In this document: piece after piece, positions 1 to 8,401 of the stretch
Position numbering within the stretch: position 1 is the first letter of the stretch
Layout of the letters: each line of letters opens with the position of its first letter
Notes under the pieces: model-generated
Told to the model about the DNA's origin: nothing
The model's database searches: none
Seen by the model: the letters and a program-made list of their open reading frames with translations, nothing else
Assembly (NCBI GenBank): GCA_040905425.1
Contig: JBBDRO010000108.1
Span: 1 to 15,731 of the forward strand
DNA: 15,731 bases
Reading direction: 5' to 3'
DNA from: Gemmatimonadota bacterium
GTDB lineage: Bacteria; Gemmatimonadota; Gemmatimonadetes; Longimicrobiales; RSA9
Position numbers and translations under genes: made by a program

Positions 1-2252
1 GGCGTCCAGTTCTCACTCACCACCAGCACGGCGGGCGCGTCGGCACGCACGCGGAGCGTCATCTCCGCGCCGTCCGCGGCCCGCGCCTGCCAGCTCACCT
101 CCCCCGCGAAGGGGGCGGCGGGCCCGCCCGCCTGGATGCCAAGCGCCGCCGGGTCCGGGCCGTCCTCCGGCAGCAGCACCGTGGTGCGCGGGTCGAAGTC
201 GGCGGCCAGCAGCCGCCCCACCGCCGCCGCCTCCGGCACCGTCTGCCCCGCCGCCACGAGCCAGGCGCGTGGCAGCGCGTCGCGCACCCGGTAGACCACG
301 GTACGATCCCCCTGGAAGACCTCCTCCAGGCGGGGATCCTCCACGCGCGCGTTCAGCGTCACGTAGCGCGTGTTGGTGAGGTCCAGCAGGCGCAGGTCGG
401 AGGTGCCCACGTTAGGGGCCAGCTCCCCACCCAGCAGCTCCCGCCAGCGGCCGATCTCATTGCCGTGGTGGCCGGCCAGCTGCTCGATGCCGTGGATGGC
501 CATCACGTTCTGCCCGTACGCCGCCTGCCTGGTGGCCAGCTCTGACAGGTCGAACGCCCGGAAGGGCCCCTCCTCCGTGCGGCGCGCCTGCAGCCAGCCG
601 ATGGAGGCGTCCGGCTGGAAGAGCACCGGGTCGGCCGCCGCGTTCATCTCCACCGTGGCGCGCACGAAGCGCCGGTCCACCCGGTAGAGGTCCACGAAGG
701 CCAGCAGGGCGAGCAGGATGAGCGCGTCGCGCGGCCGCAGCACCCCGCCCTTCAGCAGCGACCACGTGCCGGCCACCCCGGCCGCCAGCAGCGCCGCGAT
801 CCAGGCGCCCAGGCGGATGTTCGGCAGGTTGTTCTGCAGCGCGGGCGCGAACTGCGGCGGCGGCCAGCTGAAGACCGCCTGCCAGAAGCCCACCAGCGCG
901 CCGCTGGAGGCCAGCATGGCCAGCAGCACCAGCCCGGCCGTGGCGCCCCACAACCAGAAGGTGGCGCCACGCGCCTCCGCCGGCTCCGCGCGCGCGCTCC
1001 AGGCAAAGAAGCGCGCCGCGCCCAGCGCGCCCAGCGTGGCCACGGCCAGCCCGTACAGGAAGATGATGAGCGAGGGCGCCCGGAAGAGGTTCACCCCCGG
1101 GATCAGGTAGAAGAGCCGGAAGAAGGGGGTGTTGGCCCCCAGCGCGTAGAGGAGGGAGAGGACGGCGAGCCCCGCGAAGAACCAGGTCGTAGCGCGCCGT
1201 CGCTTGATGAAAAGCAACCCGGCCAGGAGCAGCGGGACGAGCCCGGCGTACTCGTGGTTCAGTTTGAAGCCGTTGCGCCCCCAGTAGGTGGGCTCGGGCC
1301 GGAGCCGCGTGCCCGCGTTGTCCCCCACGAACTCGGGCACCACCAGCGCGAAGATCTCCTCCGGGTGCAGCGCGAAGCTGGTGGAGTAGGCGTAGGCCTC
1401 GGCCGGGTCCTCGGCCGCCAGCGTGCGCTCGGCGCGGTGGGAGGTCTCGCGCAGGTACTCGAGCGGCGGCACGAACTGCACGGCGGCCGCGGCCACGCCG
1501 AGCACGCCCGCCACGGCGTAGAGCCCCACGCGGCGCGCGGCCGCTCCACCGCTCCGCTCCACGCGCCAGCGCTGCGCCACGCGGAAGAGGAAGTAGAGGG
1601 AGACGCCCCACACGCAGAAGTACGCCAGCTGCATGTGCGAGGTGAGCACCACGGCCGTGATGCCGAGCGCGAACCAGGCGTAGTCGGCCAGGCGGTCCCG
1701 GCGCGCGGCCCGCTCCGCTAGCCAGAAGACCAGCGGCGCCAGCGCCGACACGAAGAGCTTGCCGTCCCCGCCCGGGAAGACCAGCGAGACCAGGTCCGCG
1801 CCCATCATGAAGATCAGCCCGCCCAGCAGCGCCGGCCCCCGCGCCACCTCCAGCGCGCGCAGCCACAGGTAGCTGAAGAGCCCCGCCGCGTACACGTGCA
1901 GGATCATCTTCCACGCCCAGTACGTGTCCGTGGGCAGCGCGAAGAGCGCCAGCGAGGGCGGGTAGAAGATGTCCCCGTGCATGCCCTGCACGAAGGGCAG
2001 CCCGCCGAAGAGGAGCGGGTCCCAGAGCGGGAAGCGCCCGAGCGAGGCCACCACCGTGGTGTAGAAGTGCCGCGCGAAGTAGCTGAGCGCCATGCTGTCG
2101 ATGCCCAGGAGGCCCCCGCCGGCAAAGATCACCTCGCGGAAGAGGAGCACCACCGCCGCGGCGTAGACCACGGGGGCCAGCCATTCAGGGAACTCGTCAA
2201 GCGACGTCCCCTTGACGCCCACCGGCGCCCTCACCTGCTGCTTTTTTGCCAC
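1..2252 (-). CDS. YfhO-family polytopic membrane glycosyltransferase (GT-C type), 3' end outside window
   Basis: Not in the ORF track because no stop falls inside the window. My translation from GTG at 2252 stays open for 750 codons: MAKKQQVRAP...EWLAPVVYAAAVVLLFREVIF (TM1), then GIDSMALSYF (acidic residue in the first outer loop), PLWDPLLFGGLPF...DIFYP, SHMQLAY, many hydrophobic helices, FRAPS, and a C-terminal soluble domain with LPRAWLV...FDPRTTVLL...VLVVSENWT, typical of YfhO-like proteins. Start codon inferred. Confidence 0.85.
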   Translation of the reverse strand, partial: MAKKQQVRAPVGVKGTSLDEFPEWLAPVVYAAAVVLLFREVIFAGGGLLGIDSMALSYFARHFYTTVVASLGRFPLWDPLLFGGLPFVQGMHGDIFYPPSLALFALPTDTYWAWKMILHVYAAGLFSYLWLRALEVARGPALLGGLIFMMGADLVSLVFPGGDGKLFVSALAPLVFWLAERAARRDRLADYAWFALGITAVVLTSHMQLAYFCVWGVSLYFLFRVAQRWRVERSGGAAARRVGLYAVAGVLGVAAAAVQFVPPLEYLRETSHRAERTLAAEDPAEAYAYSTSFALHPEEIFALVVPEFVGDNAGTRLRPEPTYWGRNGFKLNHEYAGLVPLLLAGLLFIKRRRATTWFFAGLAVLSLLYALGANTPFFRLFYLIPGVNLFRAPSLIIFLYGLAVATLGALGAARFFAWSARAEPAEARGATFWLWGATAGLVLLAMLASSGALVGFWQAVFSWPPPQFAPALQNNLPNIRLGAWIAALLAAGVAGTWSLLKGGVLRPRDALILLALLAFVDLYRVDRRFVRATVEMNAAADPVLFQPDASIGWLQARRTEEGPFRAFDLSELATRQAAYGQNVMAIHGIEQLAGHHGNEIGRWRELLGGELAPNVGTSDLRLLDLTNTRYVTLNARVEDPRLEEVFQGDRTVVYRVRDALPRAWLVAAGQTVPEAAAVGRLLAADFDPRTTVLLPEDGPDPAALGIQAGGPAAPFAGEVSWQARAADGAEMTLRVRADAPAVLVVSENWT

Positions 2253-2296
2253 CCGTTCGTCCCGCGTGCGTGATTGCCGTGTGCGGCCCGGGGCCC

Positions 2297-3403
2297 TCAG
2301 GCCCGCTCGGCCAGCAGCGTACGGTAGATCTCCCGGTGGCGCCTGGCCAGCCGCTCCAGACTCCAGTGCGCCACCACCCGCGCGCGGGCGGCGGCGCCGA
2401 GCGCGGCCAGATCGGAGCGCGCCAGCAGGGCGCCCACCGCGGCGGCCAGCGCCGCGGGGTCCGCCGGCTCGCAGAGCGCGCCCACCGATTCGTCCACGAT
2501 CTCCGGCAGCCCGCCCACCCGCGAGGCCGCCACGGGCACGCTGCAGCTCATGGCCTCGAGCGCGGCCACGCTCGTGGCCTCCATGAGCGACGGGAAGACC
2601 GCCAGCTCCGCGCTGCGCAGCAACCCCGGCATCTCCGCATTGGGCCGCGCGCCCAGGAAGCGGACGCGGTCCGCCACGCCCAGTTCGTGGGCCAGCGCCC
2701 GCAGACGGCCTCCCTCCGGACCGTCCCCCACCAGCAGCGCCTCCACGTCGTGCTCGCGGGCCAGCAGCGGCATGGCGCGCACCAGGTACTCCACGCCGTT
2801 CTTGGCAAAGAGGCGCCGCGGCACCACCAGGCGGCGCCGCTCGCCGGCCACCAGCGCGGGCGGGCCGGGTCGGAAGAGGTGCGTGTCCACCCCGTTGGTG
2901 AGCGCCTCGGCGCGCGGGTGGGCGTGCAGCTCGAGCGCCACGTCGCGGATCTCCTGGCTGGCCGCCAGCACCCAGTCACACGACGCGATGATGCGGCGCA
3001 GCACGGGCCGCCACGCGGCCTGCCGGGCCAGACGCAGAAAATGGGACGTGTGCAGCGTCATGACCAGCGGCAGGCCCAGCTTCCGGCGGGCGCGGATGGC
3101 CGGCAGCGCCGAGGCAAAGGTCTGCGCGTGCAGGATATCGGCGTCGCGGGCCAGGCGGAGGTGCGTGGGAAAGGTGGCCAGCGTGTGCGCCGTCCACCCC
3201 AGCGGATGCTTACCCGGGAACCAGCGCCGGAGCACCCGGACGCCCTCCATCACCTCGACGGCCGGCGCGTCCGGGCGCGAGCGGGAGGTGAGCATGGTGA
3301 CCTCGTCACCCTGCCGCACCAGCTCGCGGCACAGGTAGTAGGCGTGGCTCTCGAGCCCGCCCACCTCCGGCGGGAAGTAGATGCACTGCTGCAGGATCCT
3401 CAC
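2297..3403 (-). CDS. Glycosyltransferase family 4 (GT-B fold)
   Basis: 368 aa. N-terminal YFPPEVGGLE, TNGVDT, RRLFAKNG, LVGDGP and the E-X7-E motif EATSVAALE followed by SRVGGLPEIV. GTG start overlaps the wecB stop (GTGA, 3400-3403). Confidence 0.92.
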   Translation of the reverse strand: MRILQQCIYFPPEVGGLESHAYYLCRELVRQGDEVTMLTSRSRPDAPAVEVMEGVRVLRRWFPGKHPLGWTAHTLATFPTHLRLARDADILHAQTFASALPAIRARRKLGLPLVMTLHTSHFLRLARQAAWRPVLRRIIASCDWVLAASQEIRDVALELHAHPRAEALTNGVDTHLFRPGPPALVAGERRRLVVPRRLFAKNGVEYLVRAMPLLAREHDVEALLVGDGPEGGRLRALAHELGVADRVRFLGARPNAEMPGLLRSAELAVFPSLMEATSVAALEAMSCSVPVAASRVGGLPEIVDESVGALCEPADPAALAAAVGALLARSDLAALGAAARARVVAHWSLERLARRHREIYRTLLAERA

Positions 3404-4587
3404 CGCGCCGCCACCTCCGCCGCCCAGTCCTCCGTGGTGCGCGGCGTGCCCGTGAGCACGTGCCCCACGATGTCCGCAATGCGCTCGGCCGCCCGGCCGT
3501 CCCCGTACGGGGACGGCCCGGGAGCGGCGGCGGCGGGCGCCTGCAGGGCGGCGTCGGCGGCCGCGCTGATGAGGGCGGCGTCCGTGCCCACCAGGCGGGC
3601 CGCGCCCGCCGCCACGCCCTCCGGCCGCTCGGTCACCTCACGCAGCACCAGCACGGGGGTGCCGAAGCTCGGCGCCTCCTCCTGGATGCCACCCGAGTCG
3701 GTGAGTACGAGCGCGGCCATGCGCAGCGCGTGCACCAGGTCCAGGTAGTCCAGGGGCGCGGTGAGGCGGATGCGCGGATGCTCTCCCAGCACCTCGCGCG
3801 CGGGCCCGGAGACGTTCGGGTTGGGGTGGACCGGGTAGAGCACCTCGATGTCCGGGTGGCGGTCCGCCAGCGCGCGGACGGCGCCCAGCGCCTCCCGGAG
3901 CGGAGCCCCGAAGCTCTCGCGCCGGTGCGCCGTGAGCAGCACCAGCCGCCGGCCGGTGGCCAGGGCGTCGCGCAGCGCCGGGCTGGTAGGCTCGTGGACG
4001 GCCGCTGCCACGCGCTCCAGGGCGTCGACCACGGTGTTGCCGGTAAGATGGATGCTGGCGGCGTCCACACCCTCGTGCAGCAGGTTGCCCCGCGCCCGGG
4101 CGGTGGGCGCGAAGTGGAGGTCCGCCACGCCGCCCGTGAGCCGGCGGAAGACCTCCTCCGGGAAGGGCCGCGCGCGGTCACCGCTGCGCAGCCCCGCCTC
4201 CACGTGCCCCACCCGGCAGCGCTCGAAGAAGGCCGCCAGCGCGCCGAAGAGCACGGTGGCCGTGTCCCCCTGCACCAGCACCAGTTCCGGCCGCCAGGCG
4301 CGCAGCACGTCACGCAGCCCCAGCAGGCAGCCGGAGGCCACGTCGAAGAGGTCCTGTCCCTCGCGCATGATGTTCAGGTCCCAGTCCACCTCCAGGTGGA
4401 AGACGCCGAGCACCTGGTCCAGCAGATCGGTGTGCTGGCCGGTGAGCGCCACGCGCACGTCCAGATCACCACGGGCGTTCAGCGCCGCGGCCACGGGCGC
4501 CAGCTTGATGCCCTCGGGGCGCGTGCCCACCACCACCAGCACGCGCGGCGGGTCGCGCCGGGCGCCGCTGCCGTCGGACTGCGTCAC
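3400..4587 (-). CDS. wecB: UDP-N-acetylglucosamine 2-epimerase (non-hydrolysing)
   Basis: 395 aa with GTRPE, TGQH, VQGDT, HVEAGLRS, PFPEE, TGNT, HRRE, TDSGGIQEEA and LREVTERPEG motifs, ending in PYGDGRAAERI. Confidence 0.95.
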   Translation of the reverse strand: MTQSDGSGARRDPPRVLVVVGTRPEGIKLAPVAAALNARGDLDVRVALTGQHTDLLDQVLGVFHLEVDWDLNIMREGQDLFDVASGCLLGLRDVLRAWRPELVLVQGDTATVLFGALAAFFERCRVGHVEAGLRSGDRARPFPEEVFRRLTGGVADLHFAPTARARGNLLHEGVDAASIHLTGNTVVDALERVAAAVHEPTSPALRDALATGRRLVLLTAHRRESFGAPLREALGAVRALADRHPDIEVLYPVHPNPNVSGPAREVLGEHPRIRLTAPLDYLDLVHALRMAALVLTDSGGIQEEAPSFGTPVLVLREVTERPEGVAAGAARLVGTDAALISAAADAALQAPAAAAPGPSPYGDGRAAERIADIVGHVLTGTPRTTEDWAAEVAAR

Positions 4588-4680
4588 CGGAGGCCGCTCC
4601 CTGTGGGCTGGCTCACCGGGGCGCCAATTCCGTCGGACTGGCCGACCGGGGAGCCCCTTCCAGCGGGCTGGCTCACCGGG
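4562..4680 (-). repeat. Degenerate tandem repeat, 4 units of 30/30/29/30 bp (ABAB pattern), spanning the GT2-wecB junction
   Basis: Minus-strand units: cccggtgagccagcccgctggaaggggctc / cccggtcggccagtccgacggaattggcgc / cccggtgagccagcccacagggagcggcc / tccggtgacgcagtccgacggcagcggcgc. Confidence 0.85.
4584..4676 (-). CDS. Possible 30-aa mini-ORF (MSQPAGRGSPVGQSDGIGAPVSQPTGSGLR), or a frameshifted N-terminal extension of WecB
   Basis: GTG at 4676 overlaps the GT2 stop (GTGA) and is preceded by GGAGG. Its TGA at 4584-4586 overlaps the wecB GTG (GTGA). No homology evidence. Confidence 0.4.
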   Translation of the reverse strand: MSQPAGRGSPVGQSDGIGAPVSQPTGSGLR

Positions 4681-5689
4681 GCGCCTCCGTGTGGGCGTCC
4701 CGCGCCTCTTTCTCGCGGTCCATGCGGTGGTGCAGCGCGTCCAGCTCCGCGTGCTGCTGCGCCATGAGCTCGGCCAGGAAGCCCAGCCCGAAGAGCAGCA
4801 CGCCCAGCACCTCCAGCAGCACCACCAGGGTGAGGAAGGGGCGGTAGCCGAACGGCGTGGGAATGCCCAGCAGGCGGAGCGCCGTGACGGCCAGCCCCAC
4901 CACCAGGCCCAGCCCGGCCAGCATGAGCCCGCTGGCGCCGAAGAAGACCAGCGGCTTGCGCGCGAAGAAGAGGAAGAAGGAGACCGCCACCAGGTCGAGC
5001 AGTCCCGTCATGATGCGGGTCCGTCCCGAGTACTTGGCCTCCCCGTGCCGGCGCGGGTGCAATTCGATGTCGATCTCGCACATGCTGAAGCCGCGCGCGT
5101 AGGCCAGCACCACGAAGAAGCGGTGCCAGTCGTGGCGCAGCCGCACCTCGTCCAGGATCTCGCGCCGGAACGCCTTCATGGAGTTCAGGTCCGAGACCGG
5201 CAGGTCGAAGATGGCCCGGCTCAGGCGGTTGTACGTGTTGGACACGAAGCGCTTCTCGTAGCGCCCCACCTTGCGACCGGTGACGATGTCCCAGCCCTCG
5301 GCCAGCTTTTCGAGGAAGCGCGGGATCTCCTCGGTGCTGTGCTGCAGGTCCGCGTCGAAGAGCACCAGGAAGGTGGCGTCGGTGGCGGCCGCACCGGTGA
5401 CCATGGCCTCCGTCTTCCCGAAGTTGCGGCGATGGCCCACCACGCGCAGCGCCGGCCACGCCAGCGCCTCCTGGCGGGCCGCCTCGGCGGTGCCGTCCGT
5501 GGAGCCGTCATCCACGAGGACCACGTGGCCGGCCAGCCCGTGGCGCTCGAAGGTGGCGCGCAGCTCGCGCACCAGCTCGGGCACGTTCTCCACCTCGTTG
5601 TAGGCGGGTACGAGCACGGCAAAATCCCGCCGCGCCTCCTCGGGGAGGCGCGCGGCCGGGGTCGTCATCGGCGCGGCTTCGGGGGTCAT
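4673..5689 (-). CDS. Glycosyltransferase family 2, polyprenyl-phosphate glycosyltransferase type (GtrB/ArnC/DPM1-like) with two C-terminal TM helices
   Basis: VLVPAYNE, VDDGSTDGT, RNFGK, DXD motif FDADLQH, and two hydrophobic C-terminal segments. ATG at 5689 chosen (AAGG upstream, 40 nt after the rpoN stop); ATG at 5668 is the alternative. The ORF-track start at 6004 lies inside rpoN. Confidence 0.9.
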   Translation of the reverse strand: MTPEAAPMTTPAARLPEEARRDFAVLVPAYNEVENVPELVRELRATFERHGLAGHVVLVDDGSTDGTAEAARQEALAWPALRVVGHRRNFGKTEAMVTGAAATDATFLVLFDADLQHSTEEIPRFLEKLAEGWDIVTGRKVGRYEKRFVSNTYNRLSRAIFDLPVSDLNSMKAFRREILDEVRLRHDWHRFFVVLAYARGFSMCEIDIELHPRRHGEAKYSGRTRIMTGLLDLVAVSFFLFFARKPLVFFGASGLMLAGLGLVVGLAVTALRLLGIPTPFGYRPFLTLVVLLEVLGVLLFGLGFLAELMAQQHAELDALHHRMDREKEARDAHTEAPR

Positions 5690-5729
5690 GGCCTTCGGAA
5701 TCGGTGGCGGCGGCGCGCGGCCGCCGGAC

Positions 5730-7193
5730 TCAGACGCGCTTGCGCATGCGGGCGGACAGGATGCCCAACTGGTCACGGTACTTGGCCACCGTGCGGCGGG
5801 CAATCTGGATCCCCTCGTCCTTGAGGATGTTGACGATGGCCTGGTCCGTGAGCGGCTTGGTGGGCTTCTCGTCATCCACCAGCTTCTGGATGCGGTCCTT
5901 GATGCCGCGCGCGCTGACGTCCTCCCCGGACGTGGTGGAGAGCCCGCTCGAGAAGAAGAACTTGAGCGGCAGCACCCCGCGCGGCGTCTGCACGAACTTC
6001 TCATTCGTCACGCGCGACACGGTGGACTCGTGCATGTTGATGACCTCGGCCACCTCGCGCAGCGTGAGCGGCTTCAGGTGCTGCACGCCGCGCTCGAAGA
6101 AATCACGCTGCCGGTCCACGATGAAGTTCATCACCTTGAGCATGGTCTGGCGCCGCTGCTCGATGGCCTGGATCATCCAGTTGGCGCTGTTCAGCTTGTT
6201 GGAGATGAACTCCTTGTTCTCCCCCTTGAATTTGCTCTTGTCCCGGGCAATCTCGCGGTAGGCACGCGACAGCTTGAGGCGCGGCAGGCTGGTGTCATTG
6301 AGGAAGACCAGGTAGTCCCCGTCGATCTTGTCCACCACCAGATCGGGCGTGATGTAGTTGTCCGACCCGCCGCCGTACTTGAGCCCCGGCTTGGGATCAT
6401 AGCGCGCTACCTCATCGGCCGCCGTCTGCACGTCCTTCGGTGTGATGGAGAGTTCTTTGGAGATCTCCGACCAGCGGTGGTTGATGAGCTGCTCGAAGTG
6501 GTCGTGCACGATGGAGTAGGCCAGTGTGTCTTCCTGCTCCGCGTCGCGCATCTGCAGCAGCAGGCACTCGCGCAGGTTGCGAGCGCAGATGCCGGCCGGA
6601 TCGAAGCCGTGGATCACCTCGAGCATCTCGTGGCCCTCGGCCACGCTGAACGTCTCCAGCGTCTCACCCTCCTCCACCCAGTCCTGCCCCGCCTCCTTCA
6701 CCCAGTCGTTGATGCCGCTGACCACGTCCTCCACCGAGCAGGTGAGGTAGCCGTCCTCGTCGATGTTGCCGATGAATTCCTCACCCAGCAGCATCTGGCG
6801 CGGTGAGAGGCGCATGAGGCTGAGCTGGTCACGCAGGTGGTCGTAGAGATCGCGCGTGTCCACCGAGACGGGCTCGTAATACTCCTTCTCCTCGTACTCC
6901 TGCTTGCGCCCACCCGCGTCGAAGCCGTCCAGGAGAATCTCCTCCCAGTCGATCTCCTCCTCGTCCTTCTCCTTCTCCTGCTCCTCCTTCTCCTTGGAGA
7001 GCGCGTCATCCTCCGTGACCGCCGGCTCTTCCAGGTCCAGGAAGGGATTGGTGGTCATCTCCTGCTTGATGTGCTGCTGCAGGTCCAGCAGGGGCATGTA
7101 GAGCAGATCCATCGCCTGATACAGGCGTGGATTGATCTTCATCTCCTGCTTGAGTTGGGTCCCTTGGTAGAGACCGGACTTCATGGAGCTCAT
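5730..7193 (-). CDS. rpoN: RNA polymerase sigma-54 factor
   Basis: Q/L-rich region I ([20 protein letters not shown]...NPFL), acidic region [50 protein letters not shown] and RpoN box [12 protein letters not shown] at 7193 overlaps the lptB stop (ATGA); ATG at 7184 is the alternative. Confidence 0.97.
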   Translation of the reverse strand: MSSMKSGLYQGTQLKQEMKINPRLYQAMDLLYMPLLDLQQHIKQEMTTNPFLDLEEPAVTEDDALSKEKEEQEKEKDEEEIDWEEILLDGFDAGGRKQEYEEKEYYEPVSVDTRDLYDHLRDQLSLMRLSPRQMLLGEEFIGNIDEDGYLTCSVEDVVSGINDWVKEAGQDWVEEGETLETFSVAEGHEMLEVIHGFDPAGICARNLRECLLLQMRDAEQEDTLAYSIVHDHFEQLINHRWSEISKELSITPKDVQTAADEVARYDPKPGLKYGGGSDNYITPDLVVDKIDGDYLVFLNDTSLPRLKLSRAYREIARDKSKFKGENKEFISNKLNSANWMIQAIEQRRQTMLKVMNFIVDRQRDFFERGVQHLKPLTLREVAEVINMHESTVSRVTNEKFVQTPRGVLPLKFFFSSGLSTTSGEDVSARGIKDRIQKLVDDEKPTKPLTDQAIVNILKDEGIQIARRTVAKYRDQLGILSARMRKRV

Positions 7194-8401
7194 ACGGTTA
7201 CTTCCGGTGGTCGGTAGCGCTCCCGCATCCGGGCCGTGAGGGTGGGCCCGAAGTAGATCTCGGCAACCTCTTCGTTCCACACCAGCTCGGCCACGGTGCC
7301 CGATACCCGCACCCGACCATCATACATGATGTACGCGCGGTCCACGATGTCGAGCGTCTGCTCCACGTTGTGATCCGTGATGACCACGCCGATTCCCCGG
7401 TGTCTCAGTTCCGCCACGATCTGCTGGATGTCATGCACCGCGATGGGGTCCACCCCCGCGAACGGTTCGTCCAGCAGCATGAACTTCGGTTCACTCACGA
7501 GCGCCCGGGTGATCTCCAGCCGGCGCCGCTCACCTCCGGAGAGGGAGTACGCCCTGGCCTTGCGCAGGTGCTTGATGCCCAGCTCGTCCAGCAAACGCTC
7601 GAGGCGCGCCTTCCGCTCCGTCCGGGAGAGCTTCATGGTCTCCAGAATGGCCATGATGTTCTGCTCCACCGTCAGCTTGCGGAAGACGGACGGCTCCTGC
7701 GCCAGGTAGCCCAGGCCCTGCCGGGCCCGCTTGTACATGGGCGTCCGGGTCAGCTCCCCGTCATCCAGGAAGACCTGCCCGGCGTCCGGCGCGATGAGCC
7801 CCACCATCATGTAGAACGTGGTGGTCTTCCCCGCCCCGTTCGGCCCGAGCAGCCCCACGATCTCCCCCTGGGAGACCGTGAGGTCCACATCCGCCACCAC
7901 GCGCCGCTTGCGGTAGCTCTTGGCCAGACCCCGGGCGGAGAGCGTACTACGCCCGTCGCCGGACTTTGGCACGTATCGTGCCGCGCCCGGGCGCTCCCGC
8001 CGCTCGATCAGGTGCCGCACGGCCTCGTCCAGCGCCGCCACGTACGCGTCCCGGCCCCCGTCCATCTCCGCCCAGAGCGCCGCATCGATGCGCACCCGCT
8101 CCCAGCTCTCACCAGCGGGTTCGCCATGCGCAATGCCCGCGTCCGCGAGCCGGGATAGGACGTGCTCGTCCAGGTAGTGCCCCGGCTCGTCCGGATCCTC
8201 GGCGTCGGCGGCCAGCCACATGGCGGCGGCCTCTCCGCCCCGCTCCTCCAGGGCGCGGGGGAAGGCCGAGCGGATGGCCGCGCGCCAGTCGCCGCGCTCC
8301 ATGCTGCCGTCGGCCTCGGCGCGGCGCACCAGCTCGGCCAGCCCCACGGCCACGGAGGCATCGTGCGCCGGCAGCGCGTCCACGAACGTACGGAGCCTCA
8401 T
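7190..8401 (-). CDS. lptB: LPS export ABC transporter ATP-binding protein with ~150-aa N-terminal extension
   Basis: Walker [24 protein letters not shown] (LptB-type Q-loop/groove), signature [11 protein letters not shown], Walker [13 protein letters not shown]-loop ITDHNV. Sits between an LptA-like gene and rpoN, the usual lptB position. ATG overlaps the upstream stop (ATGA, 8398-8401). Confidence 0.93.
   Translation of the reverse strand: MRLRTFVDALPAHDASVAVGLAELVRRAEADGSMERGDWRAAIRSAFPRALEERGGEAAAMWLAADAEDPDEPGHYLDEHVLSRLADAGIAHGEPAGESWERVRIDAALWAEMDGGRDAYVAALDEAVRHLIERRERPGAARYVPKSGDGRSTLSARGLAKSYRKRRVVADVDLTVSQGEIVGLLGPNGAGKTTTFYMMVGLIAPDAGQVFLDDGELTRTPMYKRARQGLGYLAQEPSVFRKLTVEQNIMAILETMKLSRTERKARLERLLDELGIKHLRKARAYSLSGGERRRLEITRALVSEPKFMLLDEPFAGVDPIAVHDIQQIVAELRHRGIGVVITDHNVEQTLDIVDRAYIMYDGRVRVSGTVAELVWNEEVAEIYFGPTLTARMRERYRPPEVTV

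Noticed and set aside
457..2184. 575-aa minus-strand ORF in the track
   Set aside because: Wrong frame: R/G/A/P-rich shadow of the real YfhO-like gene, which is in another minus frame and runs off the window.
4584..5459. 291-aa minus-strand ORF overlapping GT2
   Set aside because: Alternative-frame shadow; only its last 30 codons (from the GTG at 4676) have a plausible start.
5708..5726. GC hairpin (CGGCGGC-5 nt-GCCGCCG) after the rpoN stop as an intrinsic terminator
   Set aside because: 7-bp stem without a U-tract; such stems are common by chance at this GC content. Could at most be a pause or stability element.
5730..7300. Visibly lower GC in rpoN as a sign of horizontal transfer
   Set aside because: Explained by K/E/D/I/N-rich composition of a conserved protein; third codon positions remain G/C and the gene is coupled to lptB.
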